From contig JAZDPX010000006.1 in the NCBI GenBank assembly GCA_043797125.1, forward strand, positions 70,921 to 134,920: a stretch of DNA of 64,000 nucleotides. Direction: 5' to 3'. How positions within the stretch are numbered: position 1 is the first letter of the stretch; each line of letters opens with the position of its first letter. Positions 56,861-64,000 of this stretch are shown one piece after another. Source of the DNA: Candidatus Omnitrophota bacterium (GTDB taxonomy: Bacteria > Omnitrophota > Gorgyraeia > JABMRG01 > JAFGKX01). The notes under the pieces are model-generated. The model saw only the letters and a program-made list of their open reading frames with translations, was not told the origin of the DNA and did not search any database. The translations under genes were made by a program, and so were the position numbers.

Positions 56861-58341
56861 TAGCTGCCTTTTTCCTTATTTATTAAACTGATTATTTCAA
56901 AATCTGCCACATCTACATCGCCTTTTTTTCTTTTTGTGGTATACCTATTCTTTACATCCTTAAAATATCGTGATTTTTCCATCTCCTCAACAAAGGAAAA
57001 GACCGCTGCCATGGAATCTGCCGTGCCCTTTATGGAAAATATATCTGTTATGTCAAATTTTATATCTGTCAGCTGCACATTTTCAGGAAGGACACTATAA
57101 AGGTCAGCTAAAACCTCTAAGGAATAACCGCGTTTGTAAAGATAAGCTTTTGTTGCCTGGACCTTTAAAAAGGAGTTTTCCAGATTTTGCACATCCGGAA
57201 GCTGCGATTGGTATTTTTCATCCAGCTTGCTTAAGTAAGCGCTTTGAAAATAAATTTTGCTTGTAAGCATAATGCAAACAAAAACAAAGATGACCAACGC
57301 GAGAAAGCCGGTTTTAATAATCTCTTTGCTTTTCTCCTCAAAGGCCCTTTTTAATTTTACTTCCTCCGGAACAAGCGCAAGCCTTAATTCGTTTTGCACA
57401 AAAAGCACGGATATAACATCCAAAAAAGATACGGCGCTGCCCGGGCTTGTGGATTTTAACACTTCCTGCGATAATGGCAGATTTTTAAGATAATCAAACG
57501 TCCTCACGGGCTTCTGCATGCTGCTTGTAAAAATTGACTCCAAATTCTTAACCCGTTCAAAAGCGCCTGTTAGGATAATACCGTCGGGCTTTTGCTCAAT
57601 ATCTTCAGCCTCATATGCCTCCAATGAACTTTTTACCTCATCAACAAATCTATTCTGCGGCGCTAAAATTTGGCTTGCTAAGCTCTCTATTTCTGTAGGA
57701 ATGCTTCTTACATATATTACCTTGCCTTTAAATACAACGGTAAAATCCGTAAAACCTTCATCCACATGGACTATGCAGGTAGGCATGGCCTTGTTCTCAA
57801 GTTTCATCATTTTAGAAACAAACTTGCTTACACTCTCTGGTGAAAAAATAATCTGCTCCAGTTTAAAGCCTGCCTTGTTCAATATCGCGGAGTGCCTTTT
57901 TATAACATCGCGCGACACAATAACCAGCAACACTTTGGTATAGCTGCGTTTGAAAGTGCCGAGCTCTACATAATCAACAACTATCTCCTCGCGTGAATAG
58001 GGAGTGTGCCTTCCGGCCTGAAGGTTTATTATTTCTTTTATCTCTGACGGGTCAAGAGACGGTATTTCTATGTTTTTGGTTATGCTTAAATGCGACGGTA
58101 TCATACTTATGATATCCGTAGGCCTTAAGCCCTGCTCATTTAAAGAGGCCTTGATAGCCTTAGAGATATCCTCGTCGCGCAGGCCCCTTATGTTTTTGCT
58201 TGAGAAACCTATTCTTTTAACCGCATGCCCGACAACCTGCGCGTGGGCAAGTTTTAAATTGTTGCCGCTAAAATCCACGGAAACAATCACCCTGCTGTTT
58301 AAGGCGCCTAACAATTTAATTTGCGCTAAGATTCCTGCCAA
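56860..58341 (-). CDS. gspL: GspL-like (PilM-fold cytoplasmic domain, TM helix, periplasmic domain) assembly-platform protein
   Basis: 493 aa with an actin-like N-domain, a TM helix (GFLALVIFVFVCIMLTS) and a periplasmic C-terminal region. It is a paralog of the architecture at 1690-3204. Confidence 0.55.
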   Translation of the reverse strand: MAGILAQIKLLGALNSRVIVSVDFSGNNLKLAHAQVVGHAVKRIGFSSKNIRGLRDEDISKAIKASLNEQGLRPTDIISMIPSHLSITKNIEIPSLDPSEIKEIINLQAGRHTPYSREEIVVDYVELGTFKRSYTKVLLVIVSRDVIKRHSAILNKAGFKLEQIIFSPESVSKFVSKMMKLENKAMPTCIVHVDEGFTDFTVVFKGKVIYVRSIPTEIESLASQILAPQNRFVDEVKSSLEAYEAEDIEQKPDGIILTGAFERVKNLESIFTSSMQKPVRTFDYLKNLPLSQEVLKSTSPGSAVSFLDVISVLFVQNELRLALVPEEVKLKRAFEEKSKEIIKTGFLALVIFVFVCIMLTSKIYFQSAYLSKLDEKYQSQLPDVQNLENSFLKVQATKAYLYKRGYSLEVLADLYSVLPENVQLTDIKFDITDIFSIKGTADSMAAVFSFVEEMEKSRYFKDVKNRYTTKRKKGDVDVADFEIISLINKEKGS

Positions 58342-59348
58342 TATAAAACCTTTCCTTTTTTATCAACTACGCATAAAATGCGCATTTTGCTCTTTTTATT
58401 ATTCAGCTTGGCGTTGCATTGAATCGTAAAATTTTCAGAATACACAACTAAATCCTTTTCAGAAACCGCGGCGGTAAGCTGCGCTGCCTCAAAATCCCCG
58501 AGATTAAAGACCTGGCTTAAAGTCAGCACTATCCCTTCGCTAGATTCAAAGACAAAGTCATCCTCGGTCCCCTCCAGCTTATCCGCGCCGCAGCGAAAAG
58601 CCAGAATCTTTTGCACGACATCATTATTTAAACCCAATGAATATAATACCGCTGCGGGAGCGGTATTTATATTCATTTTACCTTCCCCGTAAACAGTGAT
58701 ATAATCGCGCACCCTGTCAAATATTTCGTTGGTCATACCTTTGACCAGCAAGACCTCTTCAAGCGCCTCAAAATCGCCGTCCTTCGCCTCATAGGGATGC
58801 GAAAGATACCTGTAGTAAGAATCCTCGGCGCTGCCTATGGGTATAGATAGGTTTCCGTCGCCGTCCTGCCAGTCAATAATAGAAGCGGCTAATTCTTGGG
58901 CTTGAGTTTCCTCAAGGCCGAGCACACTTTTAAAAAGCTTCTGTATCATTGGCCTGGACGCCTTGTTTAAATTTATCTTTCTCTCCTCGTCAATAAGCCC
59001 GTATCTTGTTTTTATGGAACGCGTCTTTTTATCAACATAATTGTACGAGATAGAAAAAGTCCCGTCGCCAAGCCTTACGTTTTTAAACTGTGCCGCATTA
59101 TCGCTCCAGTCGCTTCTCAGACAATCGTATGAGGCCGCCTCTGCCCCTTCAGAATTACGGTCTGCCCTTATTTTCGAGTGCGCGTATTTTACACCGGCCT
59201 CGGCTATAGCCCGCAACTTGGCTTTGTCATTAAGCCTATAGACAAGGGTGGTTCTTTGCCTCACCTGGTAGCCTAAAATCAAGGCAAACGCGGATAAAAG
59301 AGAAAGCGCCCAGAGCGTAACCAACAATATGCTTGCTGTCTTTTTCAT
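58326..59348 (-). CDS. gspK: Minor pseudopilin GspK
   Basis: The N-terminus reads ...SILLVTLWALSLLSAFALIL; the size and position after gspJ fit. Confidence 0.6.
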   Translation of the reverse strand: MKKTASILLVTLWALSLLSAFALILGYQVRQRTTLVYRLNDKAKLRAIAEAGVKYAHSKIRADRNSEGAEAASYDCLRSDWSDNAAQFKNVRLGDGTFSISYNYVDKKTRSIKTRYGLIDEERKINLNKASRPMIQKLFKSVLGLEETQAQELAASIIDWQDGDGNLSIPIGSAEDSYYRYLSHPYEAKDGDFEALEEVLLVKGMTNEIFDRVRDYITVYGEGKMNINTAPAAVLYSLGLNNDVVQKILAFRCGADKLEGTEDDFVFESSEGIVLTLSQVFNLGDFEAAQLTAAVSEKDLVVYSENFTIQCNAKLNNKKSKMRILCVVDKKGKVLYWQES

Positions 59349-59352
59349 AAGA

Positions 59353-59949
59353 TCATCCGCCCGCCGGAATGTTCACCGTTCTTGTGAGCTTTTCCTCTGT
59401 AGCGCCGTTTTTAAGCTCTAATATTATCCTGACAGCCAGAGGCAGCTTTTCGTCGCGCCAGTCTTGCGCCCAGTTATACTTTTTCGCTGTCTCGTCGTAA
59501 AAATAATATTCAAACTTCAGATACTTAACTTTGGCAATGGCCTGTTTTGAACTTGAGCCCTTTCTCTGATAAGCTAAAGAGTAATCAGCCTCTTGCCTGT
59601 TAAGGATGTTTTTATAAGCATCATAGGAATAGGTTATCCTGCCCACACTCCTTTTGCCTAAGGCCGGGCTGTTAACAAGCGCGGCAAATTCAAGGCCCTG
59701 GCTTTTGCCCTTAAAATCAATGCCTGTAAATTTGAAACTTGTTTTTATGTCCGAGGAAAATCTCTCAAAAAATATCACTAAGTCCTCTTCCTCAACGGGC
59801 TTATTCAGCTTGTGCCATATCTTAAGCCCGCTGCTTAAGGTGCTGTATATTGCCGTAGAAATAACAGATAATATTATTGTGACAATAAGCATCTCCATCA
59901 AGGTCATGCCAGAACTTGTGACTTTATTATGCCTTTTCTCTGTTCTCAT
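59353..59949 (-). CDS. gspJ: Minor pseudopilin GspJ-like
   Basis: Prepilin-type N-terminus SSGMTLMEMLIVTIIL (G|MTLxE). Confidence 0.6.
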   Translation of the reverse strand: MRTEKRHNKVTSSGMTLMEMLIVTIILSVISTAIYSTLSSGLKIWHKLNKPVEEEDLVIFFERFSSDIKTSFKFTGIDFKGKSQGLEFAALVNSPALGKRSVGRITYSYDAYKNILNRQEADYSLAYQRKGSSSKQAIAKVKYLKFEYYFYDETAKKYNWAQDWRDEKLPLAVRIILELKNGATEEKLTRTVNIPAGG

Positions 59950-60349
59950 ACGCTATGTAAGTAGTCCTTGTAACGCTTATGCCTCTTTGCGCTTCTTGCC
60001 AAAAAACAGATAAATTAATTTTATACAACCCTTGGTTTGCGTCTATGGCAGAACTTGACAGCTCCCACTGAAAATATTTTCCCTTTTTTTCAAACCCCCC
60101 TGTTTCGCCGACTCCCTCCAAAGTCCCGGCCTGATTTAAATAATCTTCGGCCTGCCAGGCCTTTTCATCCATCCATGGTAGGACGCTTAAATAATGTATA
60201 GAATAATTATACAGGTCAAAAAATAAAAAATACGCCTCGTGAATCAAAACAGCGCCCATCGATAGAATTGCTGTTGTTACAATCACCTCCAAGAGGGTAA
60301 AACCAGCTATGAATTGCTTACACCTTTTACTGCCAATTCGCGATATCAT
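59927..60349 (-). CDS. gspI: Minor pseudopilin GspI-like
   Basis: Prepilin N-terminus AGFTLLEVIVTTAIL. Confidence 0.6.
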   Translation of the reverse strand: MISRIGSKRCKQFIAGFTLLEVIVTTAILSMGAVLIHEAYFLFFDLYNYSIHYLSVLPWMDEKAWQAEDYLNQAGTLEGVGETGGFEKKGKYFQWELSSSAIDANQGLYKINLSVFWQEAQRGISVTRTTYIAYENREKA

Positions 60350-60752
60350 CGGAGCTTTCTGTTCCGTCTTTGCCTAACGAATACAAATCATAATCCTGCC
60401 TATTTTCTCCGGGAGATTTGTACTCATATCTTTTCCCCCACGGGTCTAACGGCTCTTTCTCTAAATACGGGCCATTCCATTGCTGCGCGGACGGCGGCCT
60501 CTTAAGCAAAGCTTCCAACCCTTCGTCTGTGCTGGGAAAATTACCATTATCCAGTTCGTAAATTTTTAACGCTGTGGCAATATTTGTATTTATGTCCGCT
60601 CTGGCTACGGCGACGCGCGCCTGCTCGCCCCGGCCTGTAAGCCTCGGCATTACCATCGCCACCAGCGCTCCAATAATAATAACTACAAGCATTAGTTCAA
60701 TTAAGGTAAATGCCCTAAGCTCTAAACCATAAACTCTAAATTGTTTTTTCAT
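60327..60752 (-). CDS. gspG: Major pseudopilin GspG
   Basis: ...RAFTLIELMLVVIIIGALV... with the C-terminal DPWGKRYEYKSPG...YDLYSLGKDG signature of GspG. Confidence 0.85.
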   Translation of the reverse strand: MKKQFRVYGLELRAFTLIELMLVVIIIGALVAMVMPRLTGRGEQARVAVARADINTNIATALKIYELDNGNFPSTDEGLEALLKRPPSAQQWNGPYLEKEPLDPWGKRYEYKSPGENRQDYDLYSLGKDGTESSDDIANWQ

Positions 60753-61687
60753 TTTTCCTCCCCGTGCCTGTACGAACGCAAAATACCGGTTATATATTCT
60801 TCGCTCATATCGCTGTCATCCTTTATGCTTGCCTCAAGGTATTTTCTCCAGCCTTCAGCAAGCTCTTCCTTATTGCGTATATACGATGGATAGGCAAAAC
60901 TTAGCGCTTCTTCAGCGGTTTTTCCGTCGCGCAGCTGCCTGCAGAATTCCGAAAACATTTCCGCGCCATATCTTTCTATTAAAAAATCTACCAAAGAAAA
61001 AGACCCTATATAAAATACGTCAACAAGCGCTTCTGTATCCAAAAACAGCACTCCGTCCTCGCCCTCTCTTGTTACTGCCGGGCGTATAAATAATCTATTT
61101 TCGCGCTTAAAGTGGGCGCTGTTAATACGCATTAAATCTTTTATTGAAAGCATCTTCCCTTTTTTATGCAACTGGGTGGATATATGCCTTCTTTTATCCC
61201 TTCTTAATTCTTCTGCCCATTGCGCTACGCCCTCATACAGCCAAAGCGGCACCTTACCATTAGCCTGGCCAAGATAGCCCAAGAAAATCATGTGAGCTAT
61301 TTCGTGCGGAAGGATTGATTCAGTAAATTCGGCGTTTAAATTATATCCCGCTATTTCTTTTATATCATAAAAAGCGACGCCGTCAGACCATTGCGGCTGG
61401 TTTGTCCCTTTTATATAAGAGTCGTGATCAGGATAAATGGTAATCTTCACCCTGCTGTTCCACGACCAGAATTTCGAATATTTCGCGTATCCAAACTCAT
61501 CGCCGATATTTCTGTAATAATACTCTGCCTTATCCAATACTTCTTTTGCAAAATTTTTATCGCCGGTGAAACTTACCTTAAAATGCTCGCTTGCGAGCTC
61601 TTCCTGAAAAGCAAGCGCCGTCGCGCTTACGGCAAACAAAACAATCCCCACTAAAAAAAATAAAAATCCCTTAATTTTTTTATACAT
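60749..61687 (-). CDS. Exported HExxH protein (peptidase MA-like) embedded between gspF and gspG
   Basis: A signal peptide is followed by ...ILPHEIAHMIFLGYLG...LWLYEGVAQWAEE, i.e. HExxH plus a downstream Glu. Confidence 0.55.
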   Translation of the reverse strand: MYKKIKGFLFFLVGIVLFAVSATALAFQEELASEHFKVSFTGDKNFAKEVLDKAEYYYRNIGDEFGYAKYSKFWSWNSRVKITIYPDHDSYIKGTNQPQWSDGVAFYDIKEIAGYNLNAEFTESILPHEIAHMIFLGYLGQANGKVPLWLYEGVAQWAEELRRDKRRHISTQLHKKGKMLSIKDLMRINSAHFKRENRLFIRPAVTREGEDGVLFLDTEALVDVFYIGSFSLVDFLIERYGAEMFSEFCRQLRDGKTAEEALSFAYPSYIRNKEELAEGWRKYLEASIKDDSDMSEEYITGILRSYRHGEEK

Positions 61688-61726
61688 TTCTTCTCTTCTG
61701 TTTCTGCGTAAGTATATCGACTCGGA

Positions 61727-61752
61727 CGTAGCGCAGGCTTAAGCCTGCGCTA
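61727..61752. repeat. Family A palindrome (copy 3), between gspF and the HExxH gene
   Basis: Identical 26-mer with flanking CG. Confidence 0.8.
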
Positions 61753-61772
61753 CGTTTATAGATGATCGACCA

Positions 61773-63017
61773 TTAATGCGCCATCACATTTATTTCAAAC
61801 ACAGGCAGCAATATCGCCATCACGATAAATCCGACAATCAGGCCCATCACTAAAATCATCAAAGGTTCAAGCAGCGAAACCATCAGCCTTATTGCCTCAT
61901 CCGTATCGCGTTCATAGTAATCCGCTACTTCTGCAAAGGCCTCGTGTAGTTTGCCGGATTCTTCGCCGACGATTACGAGACTGCTCATAAAAGAAGGTAT
62001 GACCTTCGAGCCTTTCAGGCTTTTGCCGAAAGAGCCGCCTGCTTCCAGTTCTTTGCGGCTTGAGCTTAATTTTGTTTTTATAATCTCGTTTCCCAAAACA
62101 GGAATAGATATATCAATGGCCTTAAGTACCGGGGTACCGCTTTTTATAAGAAGCTCCATGGTCCTGCCAAAACAGGCAAGTTCCGCCTTAAGCGCAAATT
62201 TTCCATATATGGGCATGTGCAATTTAAGCATGCTTAATAAAAGCCTCCCCGGCCTTGTTTTGTTCTGGGCCTTAATAATTAAAATAAAAGCTGCTAAAAA
62301 CAAGGCTATTGCCGGCCAGCCCTGTTGAAGATAGGAGCTTGTGGAAATTAAAATACGCGTCGGTAAAGGAAGCTTTTGGCCCATATTGGCAAAAATTCCC
62401 ATAAGCCTCGGCATTACATATGTGAGCATAAAAATCACCGTAGAAAGCCCTACAAGAGCCATAAGAACCGGGTATGCCATTGCCATGCGGAAACGCGAAA
62501 CAATATCTTCTTGCTGCGAACGGTATTCAAAAACACGCATAAGCGCGTCGTGCAAAGAACCGCTGTCTTCTCCCGCGCGTATAACAGCTCCATAAATAGA
62601 AGGAAAAACCTTTGGATAACGCTCAAGGGTAGATGAAAAGGTGGCGCCGTCCTTTATGGCATTGTGCATATCCAAAAGCAAGGCCCTTAGTTTAAGGTTG
62701 TCGGTTTGTTCTGAAATTATATTAAGCCCGTCTAATATAGGGACCCCTGATTTTAATAAGCTTGCCAATTGCCTGCTAAAAATGGTAATCTCGCGATTTC
62801 TTATCCTGCCTGATGGCAGTTTAAAAGAAACAGGCTTACGATAAGCGTTATGATAAACAGGCGCTATAATTTCCTCAGCGGTAATTTCTTCTATAGACAC
62901 GGGCAGATAACCCATCCGGCTGATTTTATCAATGGCCTCTGCTTCTGACTGGGCATGTATCCGGTCTTCTCTTACATCCTGCGGCCCTTTTTTAGCTTTG
63001 TATTTATATATCGGCAT
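61773..63017 (-). CDS. gspF: Type II secretion / type IV pilus platform protein GspF/PilC
   Basis: Two T2SSF repeats and a polytopic membrane pattern; 414 aa. Confidence 0.85.
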   Translation of the reverse strand: MPIYKYKAKKGPQDVREDRIHAQSEAEAIDKISRMGYLPVSIEEITAEEIIAPVYHNAYRKPVSFKLPSGRIRNREITIFSRQLASLLKSGVPILDGLNIISEQTDNLKLRALLLDMHNAIKDGATFSSTLERYPKVFPSIYGAVIRAGEDSGSLHDALMRVFEYRSQQEDIVSRFRMAMAYPVLMALVGLSTVIFMLTYVMPRLMGIFANMGQKLPLPTRILISTSSYLQQGWPAIALFLAAFILIIKAQNKTRPGRLLLSMLKLHMPIYGKFALKAELACFGRTMELLIKSGTPVLKAIDISIPVLGNEIIKTKLSSSRKELEAGGSFGKSLKGSKVIPSFMSSLVIVGEESGKLHEAFAEVADYYERDTDEAIRLMVSLLEPLMILVMGLIVGFIVMAILLPVFEINVMAH

Positions 63018-63039
63018 ATGTAGTCTCCGTCTATTTCAG

Positions 63040-63185
63040 CATAGCTGAAGTTAGAGTATCAGATGATCAGATTACCAGAACAGGATTATCAGAGTATCAG
63101 AGTATCAGATTATCAGAATTTTATCTGATACTCTGATTCTCTGATGTTCTCGTTCTGATACTCTGATTCTCTGATGTTCTAATAC
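63040..63185. repeat. ATCAGA/TCTGAT-rich direct and inverted repeat region between gspE and gspF
   Basis: ATCAGAGTATCAGAGTATCAGATTATCAGAATTTTATCTGATACTCTGATTCTCTGATGTTCT...GATACTCTGATTCTCTGATGTTCT. It contains a dyad and a 24-bp direct duplication. Confidence 0.7.
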
Positions 63186-64000
63186 CTATATCTTATCCTT
63201 GCACAGCCTTCTTAACCTAACCCTCTCTGAAGCGCTTATATCCATAAAACATACACCAATCTCATATGTTGCCAGCATTGTCTTTTCCAATATCCTCACC
63301 GCTCTCCCTAAACATTCCATTGGTTTTGAGCCGTCAGGCAGTTTCAGGCTTAACTCCAAGAATGAACCTATATCCAACGGTTCATTCGATACAAATGACA
63401 TGCCGCCGGCGCTTATATTTTTTGTAACATTAGCGTAAGTATAGGCGTCCTTGCGGTCGCGCAGATCCTGTTTAGACCTATAAACCTTATAAGTAAAATC
63501 TATATTATAATTTATGCGCACGTAGTCCCTTCTATCAGAAAAATCTTCTTCAGCTTCTTCTTTTTTAACAACGCCTTCGGCTAAGGGTTTAGGAATTTCA
63601 GCTGCGGGCCCACCAAGCGCTATTTCTTCAATTTGAGTCACCCTCATAACTTCTTCGGGCGTGGTTATACCGTCAATAACCTTACGCCAGCCGTCCTGAC
63701 GAAGCGTGCGCATTCCCGAAGCTAAAGCTGTCTTTTTAATCTCGCCGGCAGCAGCCCTTCTTACGATTAAATCTTTTATCTTATCGTCTATCACCAAAAT
63801 TTCATATATAGCGGTCCTGCCGAAAAACCCGGTGAAATTACATTCGTTGCAGCCCTTGCCCCTGTATATCTTGATATCCTTTTCAAGTTTTATTCCTGAT
63901 TCGCCGCTTATCTGCTTTATAAGCTCCTTGCTGTGCTGGCTATCTTCGTATTTGCAATGCGGGCATATAACCCTTACCAAGCGTTGTGCTATGAAAGCCT
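63186..64000 (-). CDS. gspE: GspE/PilB-family secretion ATPase, C-terminal part (the gene continues beyond the window end), with a fused C-terminal PilZ domain
   Basis: The reading frame stays open to the window edge (…AFIAQRLVRVICPHCK...). The C-terminal Zn motif CPHCK...GCNECNFTGFFGRTAIYEIL is typical of GspE. It is followed by DRRDYVRINY ... NISAGGMSF, which is the RxxxR + D/NxSxxG PilZ signature. Confidence 0.7.
   Translation of the reverse strand, partial: AFIAQRLVRVICPHCKYEDSQHSKELIKQISGESGIKLEKDIKIYRGKGCNECNFTGFFGRTAIYEILVIDDKIKDLIVRRAAAGEIKKTALASGMRTLRQDGWRKVIDGITTPEEVMRVTQIEEIALGGPAAEIPKPLAEGVVKKEEAEEDFSDRRDYVRINYNIDFTYKVYRSKQDLRDRKDAYTYANVTKNISAGGMSFVSNEPLDIGSFLELSLKLPDGSKPMECLGRAVRILEKTMLATYEIGVCFMDISASERVRLRRLCKDKI

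Noticed and set aside
1-64000. tRNA genes other than the tmRNA
   Set aside because: No cloverleaf-compatible GTTCGAATCC / GGATTCGAACC T-arm signatures were seen outside the tmRNA. I may have missed some without a covariance search.

Overview
The window is a low-GC (~40%) bacterial chromosomal segment with almost every gene on the minus strand. The only large plus-strand gene is an AsmA-like protein at 39431-42142. The organism looks diderm, because MlaDEF, LolDE, AsmA and T2SS/T4P genes are present, yet gene order resembles Firmicutes: mcsA-mcsB-clpC ... radA-yacL-ispD-ispF-cysE-cysS and tmk-holB-ricT.

Features I can support from sequence:
- A pilM/N-pilO-pilP-pilQ secretin module at the window start; pilQ is truncated by the window edge. 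It is headed by a small excisionase-family HTH gene.
- A T2SS-like gspE(partial)-gspF-[HExxH protein]-gspG-gspI-gspJ-gspK-gspL-gspM cluster at the window end. The GspE ATPase carries a C-terminal PilZ domain.
- smpB followed by a tmRNA gene.
- A queFECD-murI-amidase block, class I fumarate hydratase alpha/beta, rph, rdgB, lysS, metG, cysS, alr, tsaBE, thiL and mtnA.
- Five large signal-peptide proteins whose N-termini share a post-signal 'LRP[VIA]' motif. One is a PPDK-like dikinase that lacks the PEP/pyruvate domain, and two are HExxH proteins.
- Two nucleotidyltransferase two-gene modules (MNT-HEPN and an AbiEii-like pair). Each has a TACAA/TTGTA palindromic operator just upstream and sits immediately downstream of an LRP-protein locus.

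The most striking property is the density of palindromic repeat families, at least nine. Several appear to have been co-opted into coding sequence: in-frame RPE-like insertions in cysS and lolD, a heptanucleotide tract in the fumarate hydratase alpha subunit, and repeat-derived C-terminal tails or stop codons in tsaB, queF, the 998-aa protein and the MFS transporter. There are also three ~200-bp long-hairpin elements with conserved termini that look MITE-like.
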